Shown here piece after piece: positions 19,917-29,164 of a stretch of 64,000 nucleotides of DNA. Within the stretch, counting starts at the first letter, position 1, and each line of letters opens with the position of its first letter. Under the pieces are notes generated by a model. It worked only from the letters and a program-made list of their open reading frames with translations. It had not been told where the DNA came from and searched no databases. The stretch covers positions 225,019 through 289,018 of the forward strand of contig CAZTVK010000019.1 in NCBI GenBank assembly GCA_964617195.1, given 5' to 3'. The DNA is from an uncultured Methanosarcinales archaeon. GTDB taxonomy: Archaea; Nanobdellota; Nanobdellia; Woesearchaeales; ARS49. Position numbers and translations under genes: made by a program.

Positions 19917-20204
19917 ATGGAAATCAAAGACCTACAAGCAGGACAAGGAAAAATTGACATTACGGTAGAAGTAGCCAGCGTAGATGCTCCAAGAGCATTC
20001 GACAAGTTTGGAAAAGCAGGAAAAGTGGCAAATGCCAAAGCAAAAGACGCAAGCGGCGAGATAACACTCACACTCTGGAACGAACAATGCGACTTAGTCA
20101 AAGCAGGAATGAAAGTCCACATAATCAACGGCTACGTATCAGAGTTCAGAGGAGAAAAACAACTAGGCACAGGAAAGTTCGGAAGACTGGAAGTTGTGCA
20201 GTAA
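19917..20204 (+). CDS. Single OB-fold single-stranded DNA-binding protein
   Basis: IKDL...GKVANA..KDASGEITLTLWNEQ...INGYVSEFRGEKQLGTGKFG. SD-like GAGGG upstream. Confidence 0.88.
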   Translation: MEIKDLQAGQGKIDITVEVASVDAPRAFDKFGKAGKVANAKAKDASGEITLTLWNEQCDLVKAGMKVHIINGYVSEFRGEKQLGTGKFGRLEVVQ

Positions 20205-20228
20205 ATTATTTTGTTTCTTCTTTTAACA

Positions 20229-20245
20229 GAAAACCTTTTAAAGCT
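20229..20245 (+). promoter_or_regulatory. BRE/TATA promoter of tRNA-Phe
   Basis: GAAAACCTTTTAAAGCT about 25-35 nt upstream of the tRNA 5' end. Confidence 0.6.
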
Positions 20246-20267
20246 TTCATAGAGAGAAACGCTTGAT

Positions 20268-20341
20268 GGGAGTGTAACTCAGCCCGGGAGAGTACACCGC
20301 TGAAGACGGTGCTGTCGCTGGTTCAAATCCGGCCACTCCCA
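20268..20341 (+). tRNA. tRNA-Phe (GAA), intronless, CCA not encoded
   Basis: Acceptor GGGAGTG/CACTCCC-A, D stem ACTC/GAGT, anticodon arm CACCG-CTGAAGA-CGGTG, T arm GCTGG-TTCAAAT-CCGGC, followed by a T-run. Confidence 0.97.
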
Positions 20342-20348
20342 TTTTTTC

Positions 20349-22490
20349 TTAATTAATCGCCATCACAGCGCCGCTCACAATTCTCGAAGCGATAATGTTG
20401 AACAACAACATCACAACACCAGAAATAAAACAATACAACAAAGTGCTTTTAATCAAATTATTGCCGAGCAAATAACGCTCCTGCAGCTTATCAGCGCCAT
20501 TCTCAATTCCATTAGACAAAACAGTCAAAATGTACACTATCTGGAAAACATAAATTCCAACAACAGCCTGGAAATAATAAGTAGGAACACCATCACCAAA
20601 GAAGTTAGCCAACGCGCCAATCTGAGTGCCAGCCTGCTCCTCGCCCAAATTAGTGATATTCTTCGACAAATTACCCAAAATGTAAGTAATCATAGAGGTA
20701 ATTCCGATAACAATCCCTGAAATAGCAGGCGTCAAGAAAGCAATCTGAGACTTCATGTCAGAAATGATATCGGCCATCAAATCCTTCAACCGCTCGTTCA
20801 CCTTATGAATCTCCTTAATGTAACGCGCAATATTCAACAACGCCTGCGCAGCAATCAAAGGACCCTTCTTAACGCTCTCAATAAGCACTTTCATGGAAGA
20901 CTGAATAATCGCGCTCGGGAAAGCAGCCAAAGCACCCTGCTGCGGGTTAAAAAGAGCATCGCGCACACTCATGCCCAATCTGCTAATATTCGTAGCAACC
21001 AACTTGAAGAACCGACCAGAAGTTGATTCTTCCATAACTTCAGCAACTTTCTGGAACGCAATCTCGGCAGGCAAACCATCACCCAAACGGTTACCAAGCT
21101 GGAACAAAGCAGAAGAAAACTCGTCCTCCAATTTTTTCGCTTCCTCGCGAATCTTAATCACGTTCTGACTGCGCAGCCTATAGTACAAACCAAAGCTCAT
21201 AGCCAGACTAATCGGGAAAAACAAAGACAACAAACTCGCGCCAAGCCCGAACGGACCAATAATCAAGTCCTCAACCTTCATGCTTTCCTTATAGCCCAAC
21301 AACTCAAAACCAGCAAAAGAAATATCATAGGTTGGATTAACAAAATAAATAATCAAAGGCGAAAGTGCAAGAACAAGCATTGCAAAACCGACAATAAGCG
21401 CGATAAAAAAAGGAGGAATCACTATTTCAGCACCACCAACCTTTATTATAACATTATTATACTTCTTCAAAGCCGGATTAATCTCAGAAATATCCGTATC
21501 ACCATAACCAGTCGGCCTCTTAGACAAAACATTCTTGCCCATAAAGTAAACAGTCAAAGGCAACACGACATTATACAATGCAGCAATATGATACCAGGAA
21601 ACTCCCTCCATAAAACTAATCATCAAAGGCAAAATTACCAGGCCCAAAATAGGCAGGATGACTCCCAACATGTGCAGCATGGTGATAGGACCCTTCAAGT
21701 TCTGCGCGTAATGCAACATCTTCTCATACGTCTCATCAAGAATAACATCAAGACCCTTGTCCAACAAGCCCAAACGCCTCTCCTCAGAAGTCTCATACAA
21801 AGAGCTCTGCACAAGATGGAAAGACTCAACAAACTCCATGTTAGACGAACGCCAACTCTCCAAATAAGACGAGAGAGAATCCTTGATGTTCTCAAACCTA
21901 CTGTTCTCAACATCCCAAATGACCTTGCGCAAGTCCAAACTCAAAGGAGGAGCCAAATGCTCGGAAGCAAACTCAATAGCGAGCTCCAAATTGGAAGTAT
22001 GACGCATGTACGTAACAACATAAAAAATGCACAACACCATCTGATTACTAGACTTCATCCTCCACGTATTAGCCATGAACTCAGGAGTCTTTTGCAACAA
22101 AAAAATACCGGAAATACCAATGGCAAGACCAAACAACGTGAAAAAAATACTGTTCAACACAAACAGAGAAAATATCAAGCTAACAAAAATGAACGCAACA
22201 GGCACAACAATGCTCGCAGCCAACACGCCAGCAGGAGTAGTCTGCAAATGAGCAATATTAATCAAATCCTGAACCTGCGCAGCCTTCTCAGGCTTAACCT
22301 TCATCTTCAACAATTTCTCACAAAAATTACACAAGTTCTCGTACGCAGTCATATGAGGAGGCAAGAGCTCCTTCCTGAAAATATTGTACTCGCGACTATA
22401 CAACTGCCCGCTTCCAGCAGAACCCTGAATGTCCAACTGCTCAGACAACTTATGCTTGTACTTCTCAATCAAATCCTGTTCAGCAGTCAC
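20349..22490 (-). CDS. Type IV pilus/T2SS membrane platform protein (TadC/ArlJ-like, two T2SSF domains)
   Basis: Multi-TM protein directly downstream of a secretion ATPase. SNLELAIEFA and EFSSALFQLGNRLGDGLPAEIAF are T2SSF-like helices. GTG at 22490 (GTGA overlap, GGTGA SD) preferred over 22514. Confidence 0.75.
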   Translation of the reverse strand: MTAEQDLIEKYKHKLSEQLDIQGSAGSGQLYSREYNIFRKELLPPHMTAYENLCNFCEKLLKMKVKPEKAAQVQDLINIAHLQTTPAGVLAASIVVPVAFIFVSLIFSLFVLNSIFFTLFGLAIGISGIFLLQKTPEFMANTWRMKSSNQMVLCIFYVVTYMRHTSNLELAIEFASEHLAPPLSLDLRKVIWDVENSRFENIKDSLSSYLESWRSSNMEFVESFHLVQSSLYETSEERRLGLLDKGLDVILDETYEKMLHYAQNLKGPITMLHMLGVILPILGLVILPLMISFMEGVSWYHIAALYNVVLPLTVYFMGKNVLSKRPTGYGDTDISEINPALKKYNNVIIKVGGAEIVIPPFFIALIVGFAMLVLALSPLIIYFVNPTYDISFAGFELLGYKESMKVEDLIIGPFGLGASLLSLFFPISLAMSFGLYYRLRSQNVIKIREEAKKLEDEFSSALFQLGNRLGDGLPAEIAFQKVAEVMEESTSGRFFKLVATNISRLGMSVRDALFNPQQGALAAFPSAIIQSSMKVLIESVKKGPLIAAQALLNIARYIKEIHKVNERLKDLMADIISDMKSQIAFLTPAISGIVIGITSMITYILGNLSKNITNLGEEQAGTQIGALANFFGDGVPTYYFQAVVGIYVFQIVYILTVLSNGIENGADKLQERYLLGNNLIKSTLLYCFISGVVMLLFNIIASRIVSGAVMAIN

Positions 22491-24739
22491 TTTCTCACCG
22501 CATTCTTCAACCACTCATTCCACTGGAAAAAGATGCGCTGGCTGTCCAACACACCAACTTCTTCCCGCACCTGCTCTGAAATCCTGTGGAACTCGTCATT
22601 CGCACGAATGTAAAAACCAGCCTCCAACAAATCAAAATTTTTCAGCTTGTTTGCAGTTGCTACAAGAGTCTCCTTAATCTTAGCCCTAAGCTGAATGTTA
22701 TCCCACACTGCGTCCCAATTGCCCGCCCACTCCTTAACACTGCCAGCCACAGACTTGATAACATCACTATCGCCCCTCAACAAATCATTTGTGGGAACGA
22801 GCGCATCAATCTGAGGATCATACTTGAACAAGTCAACAAAACCATTCTCGGTCAGAGGGTCGTCCTCCCACAACTTACGCACTTCAGTAATCTGAGTAAC
22901 CCTTCTGTAACGATGAATTCCATCAGGACTTCTAACAGGATTAGCAACAACAATAAGATCAGTTGCTTTGAAACTCGTTCTCGGAACTCCCAAGTCGTTC
23001 ACGACACGGTCAAACACACCATACGGACTATCACCGTGAATCGTGCCGGCAACAACATTAGCCAAAGCACCAACACGCATAGCTTCATACAATGAACGCG
23101 CTTCAACACTTCTAACTTCACCAACAATCAAACTGGAATCGCCAAGACGAAGCGTACTACGAATGCCCTCATCAGCACTAACTTCAGTCGTGCCCCTCGT
23201 CAAAGCAGACGCGACCTTCATGCTCTGCACGTTATACCCTAATTTGCGCAAAGCATCAACAGGAAGCTCCAAAGTATCTTCTATTGTAATTATTCTCGAA
23301 CGGCGCATGATATCAACCATAACCGCGCCAAGCAAAGAAGTCTTACCCGAGCTTCTAGTACCAGCAACCAAAATAGTCCTGCTTCCATCAATCAAAAAGC
23401 TCAACGCGCCAGCAGCCAACGGAGTTAACATCCTAGTATTCATGAACAACGGCAGCGTCCACGGCTTGTCACGATGACGCCTAATAGAATACGCGAGACC
23501 TGTAGGATTCAAAGGAGCAGCAATAGCAGCAACTCTAGCGCGCGCTTGAGGCAAAACAAGCTCTGTATCAAGAATAGGATTAGCCTCGTCCAACGGCCTA
23601 CCAGAAAGCATCCTCAACTTTGAAGCCCAGCTCTCACCCTCAGGAGCAGTCGGAATAATATTTGTAGTGCAATCGCCAAAATCATTATGCACAATGAACA
23701 TCGGAATCCTGCCCATAGGAGAATTAATCGTGATATCCTGCACCTTATCATCCGCAAGCAAAACTTCAATCAAACCAAAACCAACAGTGTATCTAACCAG
23801 AATTTCAGCCAAATCATCACGATCCTTATTACGCAAGTGAATGTTACGATGATTTGACAATTCCTCCAACAAATCAGTACCAACACTCGTGAACACCTGA
23901 CGCATCCGCTGAGGATCAACAAACTCAGAACGCTTCGGCTGATGCTCAGACATAATCTTCCTGGCAGCATCCAACAACTCATACTTTTCCTCAGACAGCT
24001 TGAACTCAGGAGGAACCATATGGTAAAGATACTGCACTGTTTCCGGAAGCTGGAAAATAGTAATTTCAGTCTCACCAACCTGATAACTGGCCAATTCCTC
24101 GCCTTCTGAAGGGAAAGTCGCCATCAATTTAGTAAACATGAAATCAGGCTTGATCGTCGGAGAAAACAAACGGCGATAAATCGTCCTATCACCAGGCTGA
24201 AAACCCGGCAGATACGGCTGAGCGAGCTGGATCAACTTCGTCTGCTCAAGCATGCCAATAGTCTCTTGCAATAACCTGAAATAATTCTGCAAACACTGCA
24301 CGCCATCAGGAGTAGTAATATTCGCTTCAATCTGCCGTTTCTCCTCTCTAAGCAAACGCTTCAGCTCAACATACGCAGCAACAGGATCAGCCTTAAAAGT
24401 CCGATACAAAATATTCTGAATCAACGTATATCTAGGATTAATCCAACGCGCACACTCAGGCTTAGCAAGCATGCCATAAGCAAACTTCTGCTTCACCAAA
24501 TTCTTGTAAACAACCGCAAGCTCAGAAAGCAGTGCAACCTGGCCCTCATCATACTCAAAATCACGCTTTTGCACAAAAACAAGCTGGGTAACCATTCCAA
24601 CCTCTGACAACATGTCAATGGTCATACCCATCAAACGAGGCTCATCCTCCAAGCTAGGGAAAAAAGAGCAGCCTTCACAATCTACCCTGAGAATAATATC
24701 TTCCCCTTCACGAATAATATCGTACTTTCCGCACTCCAT
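22487..24739 (-). CDS. Type II/IV secretion-type assembly ATPase (VirB11/CpaF/ArlI superfamily) with long N-terminal extension
   Basis: VGFGLIEVLLADDKVQDITIN, Walker A GTRSSGKTS, Asp box TIEDTLEL, LRLGDSSLIVGEVR, His box GTIHG; N-terminal DCEGC. Confidence 0.9.
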   Translation of the reverse strand: MECGKYDIIREGEDIILRVDCEGCSFFPSLEDEPRLMGMTIDMLSEVGMVTQLVFVQKRDFEYDEGQVALLSELAVVYKNLVKQKFAYGMLAKPECARWINPRYTLIQNILYRTFKADPVAAYVELKRLLREEKRQIEANITTPDGVQCLQNYFRLLQETIGMLEQTKLIQLAQPYLPGFQPGDRTIYRRLFSPTIKPDFMFTKLMATFPSEGEELASYQVGETEITIFQLPETVQYLYHMVPPEFKLSEEKYELLDAARKIMSEHQPKRSEFVDPQRMRQVFTSVGTDLLEELSNHRNIHLRNKDRDDLAEILVRYTVGFGLIEVLLADDKVQDITINSPMGRIPMFIVHNDFGDCTTNIIPTAPEGESWASKLRMLSGRPLDEANPILDTELVLPQARARVAAIAAPLNPTGLAYSIRRHRDKPWTLPLFMNTRMLTPLAAGALSFLIDGSRTILVAGTRSSGKTSLLGAVMVDIMRRSRIITIEDTLELPVDALRKLGYNVQSMKVASALTRGTTEVSADEGIRSTLRLGDSSLIVGEVRSVEARSLYEAMRVGALANVVAGTIHGDSPYGVFDRVVNDLGVPRTSFKATDLIVVANPVRSPDGIHRYRRVTQITEVRKLWEDDPLTENGFVDLFKYDPQIDALVPTNDLLRGDSDVIKSVAGSVKEWAGNWDAVWDNIQLRAKIKETLVATANKLKNFDLLEAGFYIRANDEFHRISEQVREEVGVLDSQRIFFQWNEWLKNAVRK

Positions 24740-24828
24740 GATTCCCCTCTTTTACTACTAATATAAAGTCACACAAGTTTATGATATTCCCCAATAACTT
24801 TAAGACTTGAGGTATTTAAACATTTAGC

Positions 24829-25320
24829 ATGGCAGACGAAGCAATACAATATGGCGCGGAAGCGCCAACACCAGCCCAGCCAGCCAAAAAAGGGCTATTC
24901 TCAGCAAAAACACCACCTCCAATGCCAGACATCAGCGGAATGACAGACCAAATCAACTCAATGGCTGCCAGAGTGCGCATAGGAGAAGAAAGATATAGCG
25001 AAATCCGCAAAAAACTACTCCTAATAGAACAAAACATGCTATCAAACCACAAAAAAGCCATGTCTGAAATAAAAACACTGCAAACAGACCTCCTGGAAAT
25101 GAAACACACAATACAAACAGTCGAAGACAGAATAATAATGGTAATTAAAGAATTACGATTAACAGCAAGAAAAGAAGACGTAGACGTCATGAAAAGATAT
25201 CTAGACCTCTGGGACCCAGTCAAATTCATCACAGCAGACAGAGTGGAAAAACTCATTGATGAAAAACTCGGCAAACCAGAAGAACAACGCATACCGCCGA
25301 ACTATGACAGCCCGTCATAG
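24829..25320 (+). CDS. Hypothetical coiled-coil protein
   Basis: Pro-rich N-terminus, then heptad-rich helix and YLDLWDPVKF. Divergent from the ATPase, with normal codon bias. Confidence 0.75.
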   Translation: MADEAIQYGAEAPTPAQPAKKGLFSAKTPPPMPDISGMTDQINSMAARVRIGEERYSEIRKKLLLIEQNMLSNHKKAMSEIKTLQTDLLEMKHTIQTVEDRIIMVIKELRLTARKEDVDVMKRYLDLWDPVKFITADRVEKLIDEKLGKPEEQRIPPNYDSPS

Positions 25321-25374
25321 CAAAAGGTTTTAAAAGCTATCATACAAATAACCGCATAAAAAGAGTTGAACACA

Positions 25375-26040
25375 ATGCCAATAATGGATATATTCAAGAA
25401 AAAGAAACCAGAAGGATCACCATACTCAATGCCAGGAGCTCAAGAAATGATGCCTCCTCCAATGGGACAAGGCATGCAAGCACCCATGGCACCATCTTCT
25501 GAAGTACCAATCTCACAAGTCGTAAGCATGCAATCACAAGGACTAACTAACAACCAAATCATACAATCATTGCAAAGACAAGGCTACCAGCCAACACAAA
25601 TCTATGACTCGCTGGCGCAGGCAGAAGCAAAAAGAAGCATAGAACCAATGGAAGTGCCGGGAGAAATGGCGCCAAAAGCAGAAATGAGAATGCCGCCCAC
25701 AACAACGCATCCTGAATCAGAAGCAATAGTGGAACAAATAATAGAAGAAAAATGGCATGAACTCCAAAAAGACCTCGGAAAAATAAACGAGTGGAAAGAA
25801 CTAATCACATCACGCATGGACAAACTCGAACAAAGCACAACAGACATGAAAATGGACCTGGACGGACTCCACAAAGCAATAGTCGCGCGCATAGGAGAAT
25901 ACGACAAGACTCTAATGGACGTAGGAACAGAAATCAAAGCCATGGAAAAAGTCTTCCAAAAAGTATTACCAGAACTAACAGGAAACATTCAAGAGCTTTC
26001 TAGAATAACAAAAAACGTGAAAGGCCCAGTAAAAAGATAA
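25375..26040 (+). CDS. Hypothetical protein: Pro/Met/Gln-rich N-terminus, small helical domain and C-terminal coiled coil
   Basis: QGLTNNQIIQSLQRQGY, then EAIVEQIIEEKW...VGTEIKAMEKVFQKVLP. TATA-like TTTTAAAA at ~25328. Confidence 0.75.
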   Translation: MPIMDIFKKKKPEGSPYSMPGAQEMMPPPMGQGMQAPMAPSSEVPISQVVSMQSQGLTNNQIIQSLQRQGYQPTQIYDSLAQAEAKRSIEPMEVPGEMAPKAEMRMPPTTTHPESEAIVEQIIEEKWHELQKDLGKINEWKELITSRMDKLEQSTTDMKMDLDGLHKAIVARIGEYDKTLMDVGTEIKAMEKVFQKVLPELTGNIQELSRITKNVKGPVKR

Positions 26041-26041
26041 A

Positions 26042-26599
26042 CTAGCCAGAACTCGTCATCTTACTAATAGTAAAGTAAGCAACAAGCAGAACCAAAACCA
26101 TGCCCAAAATCTTAGGATGGAACAAAGTCTGCCAGAAACCAAATTCTTTCTCAGGAGGATGCTCACCTAACGTGGCGTTTCCCCCAGCCAAATCCCTGAA
26201 GCCCTTCTCCTCATTAATAACGAAAAACAAAGAGCCAAGACCAATAATCAACATGATAGAAAGCACCCACATGCCAAAAGCGCCACCATACTCTTCACCA
26301 GTAATCGTCTCAATAACCTTCTCCTTGCTGATTCCAAAAGTCATGTAAGCAAGAACGATCAGCACGCCAAAAATAATGAACAGCACAAACCACGGCGCCA
26401 TCAAATTAATAGTCTTAATCGCAATCCTGGAAAACAAAGTCATGATAGCAGCAATAATCGCAATCAAAGCAGCCATGCCTTGCTTTTCCTTAAACCAATC
26501 ACTCTGAGAAAGAATCGCGTAAACAAGCACGAGAACTAACAAAAACGGGAAAATCCCTCCAAACTGCTGCAAAACACTAATGTCTAAAGGAGTCGCCAT
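26042..26599 (-). CDS. Uncharacterised membrane protein, paralog 4 of tandem family
   Basis: IFPFLLVLVLVYAILSQ and about 5 hydrophobic segments. Confidence 0.75.
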   Translation of the reverse strand: MATPLDISVLQQFGGIFPFLLVLVLVYAILSQSDWFKEKQGMAALIAIIAAIMTLFSRIAIKTINLMAPWFVLFIIFGVLIVLAYMTFGISKEKVIETITGEEYGGAFGMWVLSIMLIIGLGSLFFVINEEKGFRDLAGGNATLGEHPPEKEFGFWQTLFHPKILGMVLVLLVAYFTISKMTSSG

Positions 26600-26601
26600 G
26601 G

Positions 26602-27285
26602 TCAGGGCTTAGTAAGCATCCACCTCTTCATAGCCACTTCCATCTTCTCTCCGCCCTCAGGCCTGATAACCCACCAGCCAACCAAGCCCATAGTTAACAA
26701 CACAACTATGAGCGCCTGGATTGCAGGATCACGAAGCCACGTAGACGTAGGAAGCCAATACGGAAACATGTTCATCAAGAACAAAACAACAAGCACGCCA
26801 ACAGCAGCAACAGCCACAAACATCTGCATCATACTAGGCATGCCAGCACCAGCCAAGCCGAGCAATAACAACACGACAAAAACAGCCATAAGCACAATCG
26901 CAGTACTAGGCAAGAATGCGCTAATCATGTCAATAGGATCCTGACCAGGAGGATAATAACCAAGAATATGAGGCATGGTAACAGACAAAGAGATAACAAT
27001 CGCGATCATAGAATTAATACGCTTGTTGCCAACCATGACGTCAACGGTTCTTGCATCGTTGCCCGTGCCAACAGTCTTTGTCTTCCCAACCAATTGTCCC
27101 TGCGCATTTTTCTCCATCACTTGCACTTGGAACAAAGGAGTTCGTTGCAAAATGGCAAAAATTAAAGTGAAAAACAACAAAGCAGGCAAGAGAAAATCCT
27201 GAAAGCCAAAGTCAGTCAAGTACTGAAACAAACTACTAAGCTGACCTCCGCCACTCGGGTACTGTTGCATAAATTGAAACAACAT
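26602..27285 (-). CDS. Uncharacterised membrane protein, paralog 3 of tandem family
   Basis: GFQDFLLPALLFFTLIFAILQR...KRIN...PHILGYYPPGQDPIDMI. Confidence 0.8.
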   Translation of the reverse strand: MLFQFMQQYPSGGGQLSSLFQYLTDFGFQDFLLPALLFFTLIFAILQRTPLFQVQVMEKNAQGQLVGKTKTVGTGNDARTVDVMVGNKRINSMIAIVISLSVTMPHILGYYPPGQDPIDMISAFLPSTAIVLMAVFVVLLLLGLAGAGMPSMMQMFVAVAAVGVLVVLFLMNMFPYWLPTSTWLRDPAIQALIVVLLTMGLVGWWVIRPEGGEKMEVAMKRWMLTKP

Positions 27286-27287
27286 TT

Positions 27288-27905
27288 TCACTTAATCTCG
27301 CCAAACATACGATTCAGCCAATCAGTAAATCCATGCGAGTTTGGCGCCGTTGGCTCTCGGATAACAAAAAAGCCAACCAGACCCATGACTAGCAGAATGA
27401 TAACCAAAGCCTGAATGGACGGGTCATGCAAGAAGCTAAAAGTAGGCCAGAAGCCAGGAAGCACGGCCATCAAGATCATCACGATCAAAAAGCCCAAAGC
27501 GACAAGAGCAACAGTCCACAACATAAAGCTCGGAACAGCGCCGCCAGCCAAGCCAAGCAATAATATAACACACAACACTGCTAATAAGATAACGGCAGTG
27601 CTAGGCAAGAACTGATTGATGATGTCAACAGGATCCTGACCAGGAGGGTAAGCCCCAATAATATGAGGAACGACAACCATAGCAGCAATAATAAAGCCTA
27701 GAACAGCGTTAATTTGCTTATCAGGCTTCTTGTCATCTCCTTTATGGAACAAAGCAATCTTCTGCAAAATACCAAATATGATTGTGAACAACAACAAGAA
27801 CGGCAATAAAGCATCAATGAAGCCCCAGTCTACCAAAGCCTGGAACAATGACTGGATAGCGCTTCCGCCGCCACCAGAATACGGTGCATATGCTTGAAAC
27901 AACAT
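27288..27905 (-). CDS. Uncharacterised membrane protein, paralog 2 of tandem family
   Basis: GFIDALLPFLLLFTIIFGILQK...KQIN...PHIIGAYPPGQDPVDII. Strong SD AGGAGGAG upstream. Confidence 0.8.
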   Translation of the reverse strand: MLFQAYAPYSGGGGSAIQSLFQALVDWGFIDALLPFLLLFTIIFGILQKIALFHKGDDKKPDKQINAVLGFIIAAMVVVPHIIGAYPPGQDPVDIINQFLPSTAVILLAVLCVILLLGLAGGAVPSFMLWTVALVALGFLIVMILMAVLPGFWPTFSFLHDPSIQALVIILLVMGLVGFFVIREPTAPNSHGFTDWLNRMFGEIK

Positions 27906-27920
27906 TCTACTCCTCCTTTT

Positions 27921-28493
27921 TTATTCACTCTTAGACTCTTTAGTTATCCAGACCATAAAGATAATGATTACGATTATTAAAACTATCGCAGCAACAGCAG
28001 CATTAGTATAGAACTGACTCAGCCAGTCCCAAAAGATTTCCAGCCAAGTACGGCCATCCTCAGCCACAATAGCATCCAAAAAGATGAAAATGATTGAAAT
28101 AGCAATGATGAACATGAACGTGGTCCTCCACGCTTTGTCAGTCGGCAAAAGCTCACCTTTCTTAATCTCATCATAAGTTCGGAAAGTGCCAATAAGCATC
28201 AAGAAAAACACTATCAACAAAAGCAACACGATAATCTCACTGCTCACCTTTGTAATAGTCTCAACCAACTTCGAGCTTGCCACAACCATGAAAGCAATGA
28301 CAAAACTGACCATCGCGTTCAGATTCTTCTTAGTAATAGCACGATCCTTGACAGTGCCCTCAGTGCCGAAAATCTGAGTTCGCTCAAGAATAGCGAACAT
28401 AATCGTAAAAACAAGAATGAATGGAAGGACAACATCATAGACACCCAATTCTTTGAAGAACTCTAACACATTGCCCAATGCAGTTTCAGCCAT
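27921..28493 (-). CDS. Uncharacterised membrane protein, paralog 1 of tandem family
   Basis: GVYDVVLPFILVFTIMFAILERT...KNLNAMVSFVIAF. Confidence 0.8.
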   Translation of the reverse strand: MAETALGNVLEFFKELGVYDVVLPFILVFTIMFAILERTQIFGTEGTVKDRAITKKNLNAMVSFVIAFMVVASSKLVETITKVSSEIIVLLLLIVFFLMLIGTFRTYDEIKKGELLPTDKAWRTTFMFIIAISIIFIFLDAIVAEDGRTWLEIFWDWLSQFYTNAAVAAIVLIIVIIIFMVWITKESKSE

Positions 28494-28588
28494 CAAGTCA
28501 CACTCTTTACGATTCACTATTGGATTTCGTGGTTATATAAAGCTTTCTGTGGCAACATTTATAAATCACGACGAAAGCTAAAAATACA

Positions 28589-29164
28589 ATGATAAACAAG
28601 AAAGCCTTCTCAGAAATGCGCGAATACATGGAAAAATTCGACAAACTACGAGAACAACTAATAGCAGACAGCAGAGTAATACTCAAGTCAAGCAAAGCAG
28701 CCATATACGCAGCCCACAGAGGAGACATGAAAGAAGCAGACAAACTGCTAACAGAAGCAAAAACAGTCATCAAAAGCATGGACACACTCCTAAAAAAAGA
28801 CTCAAACCTCGCAACAAGCACAGGAGCATATTCAGACGCACTAGAAGAATACACAGAAGCAAGCTGCTACGTACACTACCTGAAAACAAAAGAAATACCA
28901 ACAGCCAAACAATTAGGCGTAGACGTAGAAGTATACCTTCCAGCACTCTCAGACGTAGTAGGAGAACTAGTCAGAAAAGCCATCAACAGCAGCATACAAG
29001 GAGACTACACAACAGCACTAGAAATCAAAGACTTTGTAACAGACTTATACCAAGAACTCATGCTCTTCGACTGGAGAAACACACCAGTCAGAAAAAAGTT
29101 TGACGCGATCAAATACGGACTCGAAAAACTAGAAGACCTTTCTTTGAAGATAAAACTAAAATGA
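28589..29164 (+). CDS. Translin/Trax family protein
   Basis: DKLREQLI..SR.I...SK.AI...H, ALEEYTEA, YL..LSDVVGELVRK, RKKFD. Confidence 0.85.
   Translation: MINKKAFSEMREYMEKFDKLREQLIADSRVILKSSKAAIYAAHRGDMKEADKLLTEAKTVIKSMDTLLKKDSNLATSTGAYSDALEEYTEASCYVHYLKTKEIPTAKQLGVDVEVYLPALSDVVGELVRKAINSSIQGDYTTALEIKDFVTDLYQELMLFDWRNTPVRKKFDAIKYGLEKLEDLSLKIKLK

Noticed and set aside
20268..20341. tRNA-Phe as integration site of an island
   Set aside because: No integrase and no duplicated tRNA 3' end was noticed in the window; flanking genes show host codon bias.
20349..24739. Archaellum (arlI/arlJ) assignment
   Set aside because: No archaellin, arlH, arlF or arlG nearby, and the ATPase is longer with a different N-terminus; called generic T4P-like instead.
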